Virus record (IMG/VR): IMGVR_UViG_3300018080_000116
Span: 74,193-138,192 of that record
Direction: 5' to 3' (one strand)
DNA from: a virus
Length of the DNA: 64,000 bases
Shown in pieces: positions 25,184 to 34,083 of this stretch. A program made the position numbers and the translations under genes. Within the stretch, counting starts at the first letter, position 1. Every line of letters begins with the position of its first letter. A model generated the notes under the pieces. That model saw only the letters and a list, made by a program, of their open reading frames with translations. It was not told the origin of the DNA and made no database searches.

Positions 25184-25735
25184 TTAACAGATGGCGGTCG
25201 GTGCGGCACAACGGGGGTGAAGGTATATTCCTTCGACCTTTTGTAGAGTGGATTCGGGAATGACCCCAACATTGATCCACAGTTGGTTTTTGAGCGTGCG
25301 AACCAAAACCAACTTAACCGCTCCATAGCAAACCCAATGTTCGTCGTCGATTCGTCTCTCGTAACAAACAGCATCGCTTTTCCGGAGGAACGCTTTGATG
25401 TTTTTCTCGTAGAATTCAATGTCGGTTGGCTCGCCCGTGGCGAAGTCGGTCCCACGGACACCTTCCCAGGGGGTTTCGTCAAAAAGCACATCCCCGTTGA
25501 TGAGGTATGGCCCCATCATTTCGATCACAGGCAGGAGTCCAGCGGGAGTCATCTCCACCCTAATGACACTGCCGGGTTTGGAAGGTTCGCCCCTTTTCAA
25601 CTCCTCATACTCCATATCCCACTTCCAATCGGGGTATCTCAATCGGTCGGTATCGGTATAGGCTTCGGCGGCGACGGGTATGGCAGCACCAGCAAGTGCG
25701 ATTGGGGCGGCTTTGAGAAAAGTGCGTCGTTCCAT
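25184..25735 (-). CDS. Tat-leader protein 7
   Basis: MERRTFLKAAPIALAGAAIPVAAEA with an AEA cleavage motif. Confidence 0.75.
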   Translation of the reverse strand: MERRTFLKAAPIALAGAAIPVAAEAYTDTDRLRYPDWKWDMEYEELKRGEPSKPGSVIRVEMTPAGLLPVIEMMGPYLINGDVLFDETPWEGVRGTDFATGEPTDIEFYEKNIKAFLRKSDAVCYERRIDDEHWVCYGAVKLVLVRTLKNQLWINVGVIPESTLQKVEGIYLHPRCAAPTAIC

Positions 25736-25746
25736 GGATTCCTCCA

Positions 25747-26331
25747 TCAATGTTCATGAAAACACATATCACAAGCGTCCTGCCAACAATAATGACCGCA
25801 AGCCTCGCAGTCATTTGGGCACTCAAACATGCCCACAGCGATTGGAAGTGAGTTAATCGCCGCAACTGGAATCCCCATTGTAGGTTGTGGGAAATCCGTG
25901 TCAAGAGATTCTCGCAGAATCATGTTGGGCAGTTCAGCCAACTTCAAGAGGGGTTTAAGAAGATCCCTCCGTCGAGTGGTTGACCGGAATAGCGTATCAG
26001 GTGTATTCCTGACAATCTCTATGACTTTTTCAACATACTCTTCGGAGTAGTAATCCCCTCCGGAGTGCCAACGAAAGAAATCTGGCTGGAATCTTTTCAA
26101 TTCGGCTAGTACCTTCTCTACGAAGTCTTTCCGCTTGGATGCACGGTAGCGTGCAAGGGTTGCCTTGCGCACCGAGTCCATTTTGAAATTATTCCGGCGA
26201 GCGTAGCAGGCTGGCTTGCCATTACGGCCCTTGAGGCACCAACTCGTCGGCTTGCAGGTTAGATGTGGTGGGAGATTGAAGATGTAGACTTTCGCCCCCA
26301 TCTTGCTGTTGCCCTTGATGAGCAGATTCAT
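25747..26331 (-). CDS. phage 'gene 88'-family Cys-rich protein
   Basis: GNSKMG...FNLP..TC...C...CYA, FRWHSGGD, CPNDCEACG.CW. Confidence 0.75.
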   Translation of the reverse strand: MNLLIKGNSKMGAKVYIFNLPPHLTCKPTSWCLKGRNGKPACYARRNNFKMDSVRKATLARYRASKRKDFVEKVLAELKRFQPDFFRWHSGGDYYSEEYVEKVIEIVRNTPDTLFRSTTRRRDLLKPLLKLAELPNMILRESLDTDFPQPTMGIPVAAINSLPIAVGMFECPNDCEACGHYCWQDACDMCFHEH

Positions 26332-26578
26332 CGTACTTCTCCAATTCGTATTCCACTACGTCAGACCAAGTAAGCTCGCCGAGATCGTTAGCGTATCTGA
26401 TGCGGTATTTGTAGCCTTTGGCCCAGCCATTGTAGCTGAAACTATTGACAATGGTAGCCGTTTTGTCCAGTGCGGGAACATAAACTATTTCCCCGCAGAC
26501 AAACTTGTTGTTGGGCTCGTTATCGGCTGGAGCGCAACCGAAAATCAACAAAATCAAGATGAACAGCGACTTTTTCAA
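26222..26578 (-). CDS. lipoprotein
   Basis: TTG start after AAGGAG; KKSLFILILLIFGC lipobox. Confidence 0.6.
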   Translation of the reverse strand: MKKSLFILILLIFGCAPADNEPNNKFVCGEIVYVPALDKTATIVNSFSYNGWAKGYKYRIRYANDLGELTWSDVVEYELEKYDESAHQGQQQDGGESLHLQSPTTSNLQADELVPQGP

Positions 26579-26591
26579 TCCGGGGCTCCTT

Positions 26592-27317
26592 TCAGACGGA
26601 TTCATAGCGGGTGCAACAGTGTGGCCGAAAATCATAGACTGCGAAGGGCTCGAACTTGTGTGGATCGGATCGAGGGGGAAACTCAATTTCTCTAGTCAAG
26701 AACATACGACCCCAGCCCCACTTACAACGACAGCTTGATCCGCTGGGCCACGTGATCTCTTTGCCCTCCGGGTGAAAACAAACAACCCTGTTTTCGTAAG
26801 GCAGGATTACCTCACGCATGTTGGTTTGCGAAACGAACTTCCCATGGTCTTTGTATTCACTCCAGCGACTATGGACATACCCTTCGATGGCCGAGTCAAG
26901 CCAGTCGAAAAGATACTTGTCATCCCCACCATCTTTATGCAGTTTGCGGAAGTAGGAGCGGATTCTTCCCCAGTGAGAGGGAACCACGGGCAGGCCATAG
27001 GCTTCGTGTAATTTACACCACTCACACTCGGGCACCAACTCTGCATAGTCCTTGCCCGGCATGCGATGCAATCGAAGGTTTTCTTCCGTGCAGGCATCCA
27101 CCCAGAATGTTCCCCGGCAGAGTTTGCAGCGGTACTTAGCATCCGGGCCGTCACCGAACATGAACTCAAAGTGTCTCCATCCGGACACCGATCCGGACAC
27201 TTTGTCCGGTTTCTTGTCCGGATTGGCCTTAATAATCGGTGTATTAAGTCCTAGCGGAACGACACAAGTAGCGGCGGCTGTCGCCGCCGATACTTTAAGG
27301 AAGTCACGTCTACGCAT
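26592..27317 (-). CDS. Tat-leader protein 8 (CxxC pairs)
   Basis: MRRRDFLKVSAATAAATCVVP; CKLC, CEWC. Confidence 0.75.
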   Translation of the reverse strand: MRRRDFLKVSAATAAATCVVPLGLNTPIIKANPDKKPDKVSGSVSGWRHFEFMFGDGPDAKYRCKLCRGTFWVDACTEENLRLHRMPGKDYAELVPECEWCKLHEAYGLPVVPSHWGRIRSYFRKLHKDGGDDKYLFDWLDSAIEGYVHSRWSEYKDHGKFVSQTNMREVILPYENRVVCFHPEGKEITWPSGSSCRCKWGWGRMFLTREIEFPPRSDPHKFEPFAVYDFRPHCCTRYESV

Positions 27318-27326
27318 TGTAAGCTC

Positions 27327-27557
27327 CTATGCTGCTGCGGCCTGCACCGCCATGATGAACCGTTGGTCTTCTTCAAGCATCATTTCTTTAACGGCTCGTT
27401 CCCTCATCAAATCAAGTAGGTCTTGGTGGGCTTGACCAAGACGGCGGACCTTGGGTTGGGGTGGAACTGGATCTTTGGGCTGCGGCGTGCAACCCAAGGG
27501 AACAACCGCCGCCGCCATGCTGGCGGCGACGGTTTTTAAAAAACTTCGACGGTTCAT
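27327..27557 (-). CDS. Tat-leader protein 9, possible Tat lipoprotein
   Basis: MNRRSFLKTVAASMAAAVVPLGC. Confidence 0.7.
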   Translation of the reverse strand: MNRRSFLKTVAASMAAAVVPLGCTPQPKDPVPPQPKVRRLGQAHQDLLDLMRERAVKEMMLEEDQRFIMAVQAAAA

Positions 27558-27611
27558 GGGGCCACCTGGGGTTAGTTCCGCTCGGCATTATCTAAAATGA
27601 GCAATCCAAAG

Positions 27612-28370
27612 TCAAGTATGGATCTTCGGAATGGGTCGAGGCAAAAATTGCGAAAGCCGCTTATAGCAAAAAGAGTTGCACGGCTTACGATCCAAGATTC
27701 TGTAGGGCGAAATAACGGAACCTTCATACAGGTGGAAGAAGCTCCATGCGCTTACTTCGACCAATTCACTTCTTCCTTTGACGTGGCAGTGGAACCACGG
27801 CCTTCCGCCCGCATCCCAATTGACGGGATAGTAGTCTTTTCCCCAATCTTTTTCATCCAACATCTCGACTGCTTGAAGGATTTCTTGAAATTCTGGCAAG
27901 GCTTGTTCATAAGAGGCCACAGGTGCGGGCCGAAAAGAGCATGGAATCTTTTCCACTAGCCAAGCGGAGCCGCACGGGTGGTAATATCCGGCACGATGCT
28001 TGTAGGAAGATGTCATCCACTTATCTCCCTGGATGATTGGGGAGACCAAATCCCGCAACCATTCGTCGTTGAATATCACGCAGTCGGGTTCAATGATAAC
28101 CAAAACATACACATCATTGAATTTGCACCACAGGGCAGCCTCGTCTAGTCCCGCACCATGATCCTGGTTGCCTTCTTTGTATCTTTCGCCCTCACTACAG
28201 ACAGTGACTTGCTTGGATTCTGCGAAGTCGATTTCCTCCTGGGTAAGGTCGTGATTGACCATCAGCAGGTTCAGATCGGGATGCACCTCACGAAAAGAGC
28301 CGAGGGAGATCCGCATCCAATCGAGATTGTGTTCTGTATGGTATCCGACTAAAGCAACAGTGATATTCAT
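27612..28370 (-). CDS. GT-A fold glycosyltransferase-like protein
   Basis: HGAGLD, IIEPDCVI (DxD-like), DAGG motifs. Confidence 0.6.
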   Translation of the reverse strand: MNITVALVGYHTEHNLDWMRISLGSFREVHPDLNLLMVNHDLTQEEIDFAESKQVTVCSEGERYKEGNQDHGAGLDEAALWCKFNDVYVLVIIEPDCVIFNDEWLRDLVSPIIQGDKWMTSSYKHRAGYYHPCGSAWLVEKIPCSFRPAPVASYEQALPEFQEILQAVEMLDEKDWGKDYYPVNWDAGGRPWFHCHVKGRSELVEVSAWSFFHLYEGSVISPYRILDRKPCNSFCYKRLSQFLPRPIPKIHT

Positions 28371-28393
28371 GTCCTAAGAGAGTCAGGCGCACG

Positions 28394-28431
28394 AAAAAGG
28401 CCCGCCCAGGTAGGGGATACCTGGGCGGGCC
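28394..28431 (-). terminator. intrinsic terminator
   Basis: 15-bp stem AGGCCCGCCCAGGTA/TACCTGGGCGGGCCT with an A-run on the + strand. Confidence 0.75.
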
Positions 28432-28457
28432 TCCAACGAAAGGAGAAAAGAAACGAG

Positions 28458-28772
28458 CTAGTCCCACCACATGCGGATGAGAAGTCCGTCCCTATGCCAA
28501 TAGGAATCATACTCTTGTGGGCGCATATTTGCAACCGCAGATGCCAACCACGACAAATGGTTCCAAAGCTCGTTTTTGGAAAGGTTGTCGGTAATGAGGA
28601 TGACAGCCGTCCCATCATCATTTTTCCAGGACGGCACATCCTCCACATCCACAAACTCATACGCAATATCCTCGAACCATTCGAGGAAGGAGGCCCGGCC
28701 AGCAAAGCGATTAACAGCGGATTCGCTTAGTTGGCATTCGGACTCAAAAAGCACGCTTGTTTCTTCAGGCAT
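28458..28772 (-). CDS. hypothetical protein
   Basis: operon position. Confidence 0.6.
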   Translation of the reverse strand: MPEETSVLFESECQLSESAVNRFAGRASFLEWFEDIAYEFVDVEDVPSWKNDDGTAVILITDNLSKNELWNHLSWLASAVANMRPQEYDSYWHRDGLLIRMWWD

Positions 28773-29214
28773 AGGTGCTTCCCCAAATTTCGAAAAACAA
28801 ATGGATCAATCGTCTGTCTTTACACTCTTTGTCGTTGCTGAAGATCATCAGCAGGATGTTGTCATTCACCTGTGTATCGACACTGGCCATGGTGAAGTAA
28901 TCGGTGCGATAGACGGGCTTTAGATGACCAATCGCCTTGCGAACACGCCCTACGTAGAGATCGTCGCCTTTCGTGATGATGCCCTCATCTAAGGGCCGGT
29001 CGCAGTGAACGCATACGCCTCCAGTTTGTTCGCCGGTCAAGAACCAGTAATCGTCGGTGCAATCATCTAGCGGCAGGCGGCGATCACGCTCCTCGAAGCC
29101 AAAGTGATCGTAGATGTCCTGCATCAACTCGAAGTACGTTTTGATCGCCTTCAGCATGTTCATTGTGTTCACTTGGGTGGTGAGATGGTACATGTTCTGT
29201 CGCCGAGATGCCAT
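28765..29214 (-). CDS. hypothetical protein
   Basis: operon position. Confidence 0.6.
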   Translation of the reverse strand: MASRRQNMYHLTTQVNTMNMLKAIKTYFELMQDIYDHFGFEERDRRLPLDDCTDDYWFLTGEQTGGVCVHCDRPLDEGIITKGDDLYVGRVRKAIGHLKPVYRTDYFTMASVDTQVNDNILLMIFSNDKECKDRRLIHLFFEIWGSTYA

Positions 29215-29795
29215 TCAGGCTCCCGCAGTTGATGCAGGAATTCACCGGCAACTAACACGCCCATTCTTAAGATATGTTCACACAGAGAGTCCCCTTCTTG
29301 TCGTTTAACCTCAAACTCTTCGGCTGTACCTTCGGTTATGTCCAGCGATCCCTTTTTCAATCGACTTTCCCACCAACCGCCATAACCACCAGTTCGATAG
29401 AATCGTTCTTGCGCATCGAACTTTTCATCCCAGTCCATGGTTGTGGAACCATTTTCAAGGACGAGAAAGAAATCGAAATCATCTGGCTTGTTGACATGCC
29501 CTCTGCTGTACCAGCGAATCGGCCATATGCCCCGGAGTGATCTCGCCCACACCTCTTTTTCCACGGCTGAGCCGAAAGCAATTACTGCTTTGATGTTGGC
29601 CCATCCACCCAGTTTGTTGATGACAAAATCGTCCAGAGATACGGCGTTAAAGACGACATCCCCGTTGGGGTAGATGATACTAACTGAATCGTAGGCAGAG
29701 TAATTTTTGGTGCCATAATTTCGAGCCTTTTCAATCATCTCTTGAAACTGCTCGATGGAGACGGGCCCGAACACTTTATTTGATACGCTGGCCAT
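29169..29795 (-). CDS. minimal nucleotidyltransferase-like protein
   Basis: IAFGSAV and DDFDFFLV (GS + DxD); start reassigned. Confidence 0.6.
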   Translation of the reverse strand: MASVSNKVFGPVSIEQFQEMIEKARNYGTKNYSAYDSVSIIYPNGDVVFNAVSLDDFVINKLGGWANIKAVIAFGSAVEKEVWARSLRGIWPIRWYSRGHVNKPDDFDFFLVLENGSTTMDWDEKFDAQERFYRTGGYGGWWESRLKKGSLDITEGTAEEFEVKRQEGDSLCEHILRMGVLVAGEFLHQLREPEWHLGDRTCTISPPK

Positions 29796-30136
29796 TACTT
29801 CTGGTCCATCATGTTTGGCATGAAGATATTCTCTGGTTGCGCCATGTGTTTGCGGCGACTCTGAATCATCTTCACTAGGGTAATGCCCACAAAAATGCCC
29901 GCCGAATACCCAGTTGCCCAAGCAACATAACAGTGCCATGTTGTCAAGTTTTTCATGACTTGGCTGATGGCAACCAGCCACACCAGGGTTTCGAAGAACC
30001 CCAGACCCGCAGCGATCCACCGATTTCCCTGGGTAACATAGATGACCTTCATCGTTCCCAGGGAAACATCAACTACACGTGCAAGAAAAATCCCTACCGG
30101 GATCGCAATGTAGTTTAGAAGTTGTACATCTGTCAT
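29795..30136 (-). CDS. UPF0316/DUF5698-type membrane protein
   Basis: ARVVDVSLGTMKV, LGFFETLVWL, Y.AW..GY..G. Confidence 0.8.
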   Translation of the reverse strand: MTDVQLLNYIAIPVGIFLARVVDVSLGTMKVIYVTQGNRWIAAGLGFFETLVWLVAISQVMKNLTTWHCYVAWATGYSAGIFVGITLVKMIQSRRKHMAQPENIFMPNMMDQK

Positions 30137-30444
30137 TAGTCCAACTCTTTTAACTTCAGAATCTTCATCACCTCCATCAGAGCGAGGGAGGCGGACGCTT
30201 CGGTTCGGTACTTGCCGATGACTTTGTGTTGTTCGCTATATCGTGTGATATACCTGGACTCATACTCGCTCCAGCTTCGATAGGGCTCAAGAAATTTAGC
30301 CTTCAACTGGAAGCGTCTTCTCCAGAAAAAGATGATACCGGGCGGCTTCACATAGAAATGGGTGGCATTGGTGAGATTGGTTAGGTACTGACTCGACTTA
30401 AACCAATACTCCCCATTGGGCGATACGGCGGCAATTGCATCCAT
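30136..30444 (-). CDS. hypothetical protein
   Basis: operon position. Confidence 0.55.
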   Translation of the reverse strand: MDAIAAVSPNGEYWFKSSQYLTNLTNATHFYVKPPGIIFFWRRRFQLKAKFLEPYRSWSEYESRYITRYSEQHKVIGKYRTEASASLALMEVMKILKLKELD

Positions 30445-30447
30445 GTC

Positions 30448-30717
30448 TCATCCTAAATCAGGGGGCTCATTTCCACCCTCTTCAACATACTTCTTTTGCG
30501 GGGGCTTTGTCGAGTGCTTTTCCCTGGCCTCCCTTAACGCCACCAGCAAGTGTCTCATGACATCCTTGTCCGTGTAGGCCCCCAATTCTGGCGGAAAGAT
30601 CAATCGTTCGACAGCCCAAATCAGCGGAGCTATCTTGCGAGTTGAGGGCGCATACATCAATGCGGCCACCTCTTGTGCCAATTGAGCATCATTTAACTTG
30701 TCGCCTTCTTGCATCAC
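30448..30717 (-). CDS. hypothetical protein
   Basis: operon position. Confidence 0.55.
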   Translation of the reverse strand: MMQEGDKLNDAQLAQEVAALMYAPSTRKIAPLIWAVERLIFPPELGAYTDKDVMRHLLVALREAREKHSTKPPQKKYVEEGGNEPPDLG

Positions 30718-30941
30718 ACTTCCTCCAGTGATTCTATGGCGTTTTCCATGACATTAGCACCCATGGTTGCCGACATGTTGCGAATGGTCATCTGGAATTG
30801 ATTGGCGTCAAAATCGTCCCGCACTTCACTGGCGGGACGAATGATAATGCCCACAAACGTTTCTCGACGGGCCAACTCATTGATTAGCTCTTCCGAGGTG
30901 GCCAGTTCCAATGCTTCATCTATCATTATGCCCTCACTCAA
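30714..30941 (-). CDS. hypothetical protein
   Basis: operon position. Confidence 0.55.
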   Translation of the reverse strand: MSEGIMIDEALELATSEELINELARRETFVGIIIRPASEVRDDFDANQFQMTIRNMSATMGANVMENAIESLEEV

Positions 30942-31548
30942 AAATCATGTCTACAGCAATTATGGTCTTGAACGTAGGAACCCCTATGTGGTCCACCAAA
31001 AGTTGTTTCTTTGCCTCAACTGCCGCCATATACCATTCGGCATGGCTCTTCTCATGCAGCTTTTTCAAAAAGTATTCCGGATCTTCGTGGCCGCAATGCT
31101 TGGCGAATTTCTTAAAATGCCTTTTCTGAAGGGTGTCGGCATGTTTCGTGTGCGACTTCAATTCCTCTATCTTGCCCCAAGAGCCTGCCGCCATGTCATG
31201 CACCATGACGGTTGCGTTAGTGTCAGCATACCGATAACCCGGAGTGCCAAACCCCAACAAAAAACTTCCACAACTCATGGCTTTGCCGACAGCAATAGTC
31301 GCCACCGGAAGAGATGCGTTTTCAATGTCGGCCAACATAGAGAGTAGACTGTAAACATACCCGCCGAATGAATCAATTAAAACTGGGACTACAGGCTGTC
31401 CGGTGTTGTGGGCCTTCCTCATTTCTTCCGAAAACTTCTTGGCCGCATATTCATCAAAATCATTCACTCGGATCACGATGGGTTCATCAACTAGTTCGGA
31501 ATGCTTCCCCTTCACACGAGGGTCCACCTCTAGCAAACTTTTCATCAT
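30934..31548 (-). CDS. clpP: ClpP-like protease subunit
   Basis: IDSFGGYV, GKAMSCG (catalytic Ser), VMVHD (His), WYM..EA. Confidence 0.85.
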   Translation of the reverse strand: MMKSLLEVDPRVKGKHSELVDEPIVIRVNDFDEYAAKKFSEEMRKAHNTGQPVVPVLIDSFGGYVYSLLSMLADIENASLPVATIAVGKAMSCGSFLLGFGTPGYRYADTNATVMVHDMAAGSWGKIEELKSHTKHADTLQKRHFKKFAKHCGHEDPEYFLKKLHEKSHAEWYMAAVEAKKQLLVDHIGVPTFKTIIAVDMIFE

Positions 31549-31559
31549 TCACATCTTTC

Positions 31560-32219
31560 TCAAAAATCAGTCAGGCCGACTAATATCGGCTTGTTGTGCT
31601 CTAGGTAGGTTACACTTCCACAAGAAATCTTACAACCCCAACAGCAATCGTCGCATCGCACTTGACAAAAAGAAGCTGGATCAGACATTGCCAATGCAAG
31701 CTGAGACATGTTTACAACATAATCACAGTGCGACACAACAATGGAATTTTGAGGTAGGATCTCTAAGACGTGTCGGATACGTTCCAAAAAAGCGGCAATT
31801 GATTCATCCTCATATCGCTTCTCATAAAGAGGACCGATTGACTTTTCTATTTCAATCTCCTCAAAGATGGAGTCCATTGTTTCCCGGCAGCGACGAACTG
31901 GACTGCAAAAAACTTTGAAATCGGGGAGGTTGAATCGAACCATAAGAAAATTAGCCACACGCTTACATTGCATGTGGCCTATCTCTGAAATGCCGGGGTC
32001 GTACTCTTCTTCGGTCGGTTGGGCGTGACGGATCAAGAGTATTTTCTTCAGATAGAACTGGGAGTCATCATCAAGAAGGAATCTCCCAGTTCTTGGGTCA
32101 AGGAAGCCAGACTGTAACTCCCGCTCCTGGTCCTCAGGAGACAGTTTGTTGTAAGCCTCGCCATGGTTGCGACCGGTTACAACCTTGCCATTCGAATACA
32201 ATGCCGCCTGCAAACACAT
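31560..32219 (-). CDS. histidine phosphatase (phosphoglycerate mutase family) with N-terminal extension
   Basis: LIRHAQ, SPVRRCRET, VVSH. Confidence 0.85.
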   Translation of the reverse strand: MCLQAALYSNGKVVTGRNHGEAYNKLSPEDQERELQSGFLDPRTGRFLLDDDSQFYLKKILLIRHAQPTEEEYDPGISEIGHMQCKRVANFLMVRFNLPDFKVFCSPVRRCRETMDSIFEEIEIEKSIGPLYEKRYEDESIAAFLERIRHVLEILPQNSIVVSHCDYVVNMSQLALAMSDPASFCQVRCDDCCWGCKISCGSVTYLEHNKPILVGLTDF

Positions 32220-32484
32220 GATGTCCCCCTTTCGTCTCTTTCATTATCTAGGGACACGGCTTCTCGTTCTTTCGTTATGGTAGTGCTATTCAGAAAAAAA
32301 GACAAGGTTGTGAAAATTAAACCCGCTAACACATGAAAAATGTGGCACAGAATGCCACAAAACCTGTAACCAAAATTGAAACTGAATACTCTACTATATG
32401 TAGAAGGCCCAGACTACCATGCTGGGTAACAACCGGACGCAATGGTGCGACGGTTAGATGACACACACTCAAAGGAGGTGTACT

Positions 32485-32973
32485 ATGACTAGAGGTAGAG
32501 GTTTATGTAAACGCAATAGGGACTCACTTCTCGGAGCATCTAGGAACGACCTGTTCTGGCCGTTCGAGGATCACTTCAACCGGCTCTTTGATGAGCTTTT
32601 CAACGGCCACAGTGCCTTCGACCGTGGAAAAGCAGGCTATCCCAAAATGGACATCACAGAAGTGGATGGTGTTTTGAAAATCACAACTGCAATTCCTGGG
32701 GTCAAGCCTGAACACGTGAAAGTAGAGTTGCTTGAAGATCGTGTTTGCATCAGCGGAAAGATGGAAGAGAAGTACCACAGCCCAGAAGACGCCCATCAAT
32801 ATATCAAGGAATTGAGAACATCCAGCTTCAGTCGAGAGGTCATGCTTCCGGAAGGCGTTAGAGGGCAAGACCCCGATGCTACAATCGAAGATGGAATCCT
32901 TGAATTGTCGTGGGCCCTGCCAGATGAAAAGAGGAAGCCACCGGTCAAAGAGATCGAAGTAAAGGCTCTCTAA
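32485..32973 (+). CDS. hsp20: small heat-shock protein Hsp20
   Basis: YPKMDI, IPGVKPEHVKV, SSFSREVMLP, ATIEDGILEL; AAGGAGGTG RBS. Confidence 0.92.
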   Translation: MTRGRGLCKRNRDSLLGASRNDLFWPFEDHFNRLFDELFNGHSAFDRGKAGYPKMDITEVDGVLKITTAIPGVKPEHVKVELLEDRVCISGKMEEKYHSPEDAHQYIKELRTSSFSREVMLPEGVRGQDPDATIEDGILELSWALPDEKRKPPVKEIEVKAL

Positions 32974-32976
32974 AAC

Positions 32977-33009
32977 AAAACCCCCTGGCCATCGGCCAGG
33001 GGGTTTTTT
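32977..33009. terminator. bidirectional terminator
   Basis: AAAACCCCCTGGCC-atc-GGCCAGGGGGTTTTTT between convergent genes. Confidence 0.85.
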
Positions 33010-34055
33010 CATACTCGTGGTTCAATAAGTTCGCTGGGCACAGGCGTCTGGATTACGATGCCGCCTTCGTTGTCGAAATTCTCTGGCATCTTTGGAGGTT
33101 TCGGTCCTGGCGTGGCGTATTCAATTTCTTCTTGTTGCGGCGGCGAGGGTGGTGTGAGTTGTTGTGTGGTCTGCGGTGGAGGGAGCACGGGAACCGAAGT
33201 GGCTTGCGGTTTTTGGCTCTTCTTGTACGACTGCACAAGTTCCATCATATACTCCATGCTGGTGGTTTGATCGTACTGTCCCAAGATGTCCATGGGATCA
33301 AATGCGCCCAAAGTGAACTGAGAAGGATCTTGGAAAAGGAAATGTTTCTTCGAGAAGTATGGCGGCACTCCCACCTTGTAATGAATGACGCAGGCGTTGG
33401 GTATGGCCTCAACACTGTTTAAGAGGTCACATTCATAATACCTTCCCTGGAACATGGCGAGATTAAACAGTTCATACATAGCCATCAACCAAGCGGCATG
33501 ATCCACATCGTCCCAGTTTGAGTGGTCTTTTCTAAATTTGTCCATGTAATGCATCACCCGGACAAAGAAGAGGGCGGAAACATTTTTAAAAGCCAAAAAA
33601 CCGCTGCCTCCCAGCCAGGGCAATTCACCCGCATCGCCCCGATCTACCAAGACCTTCTTGATGTGAGATCGCAACCTTCTTTTTAAGTTGGCGTTTTCCC
33701 GTTCGACGTTGAAATAGATGTCTTGCATCCCTGTTTCTTCCAATGGCTTGTAAAGAACCATATCGGGATGAAGAACGGCAAAGGGCGTGCTGAGCATGTT
33801 GTTGGTTAAAGCCGCCATCAACGCATAAGGTTTATTGAGGGGTTTGTAACCCTGCTCTTCACCATGGTTGTTGTGGGCAAACTTTCTTTCATGCTCCATC
33901 AGGTTTCTGGTGAAACCGCCATACTGGGGCGTGTTGTTTTCGGCAATGCCTATTAACAGTTTATCTTGCAGACCGTGTTTTTTGAAACTCTCGATTAGAA
34001 GTTCCACTTGCCAACGGTGGTAGGGATTGTTTTCAATGCTAACGAAATAATCCAT
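33009..34055 (-). CDS. GT-A protein resembling plant Hyp-O-arabinosyl/Ser-galactosyltransferases (GT95/GT96)
   Basis: FVSIENNPYHRWQVELLIESF, YKPLNKP, VLHPDMVL. Confidence 0.55.
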   Translation of the reverse strand: MDYFVSIENNPYHRWQVELLIESFKKHGLQDKLLIGIAENNTPQYGGFTRNLMEHERKFAHNNHGEEQGYKPLNKPYALMAALTNNMLSTPFAVLHPDMVLYKPLEETGMQDIYFNVERENANLKRRLRSHIKKVLVDRGDAGELPWLGGSGFLAFKNVSALFFVRVMHYMDKFRKDHSNWDDVDHAAWLMAMYELFNLAMFQGRYYECDLLNSVEAIPNACVIHYKVGVPPYFSKKHFLFQDPSQFTLGAFDPMDILGQYDQTTSMEYMMELVQSYKKSQKPQATSVPVLPPPQTTQQLTPPSPPQQEEIEYATPGPKPPKMPENFDNEGGIVIQTPVPSELIEPRV

Positions 34056-34083
34056 AGATCCTCCAATGCGTTAATGGAGTGTG

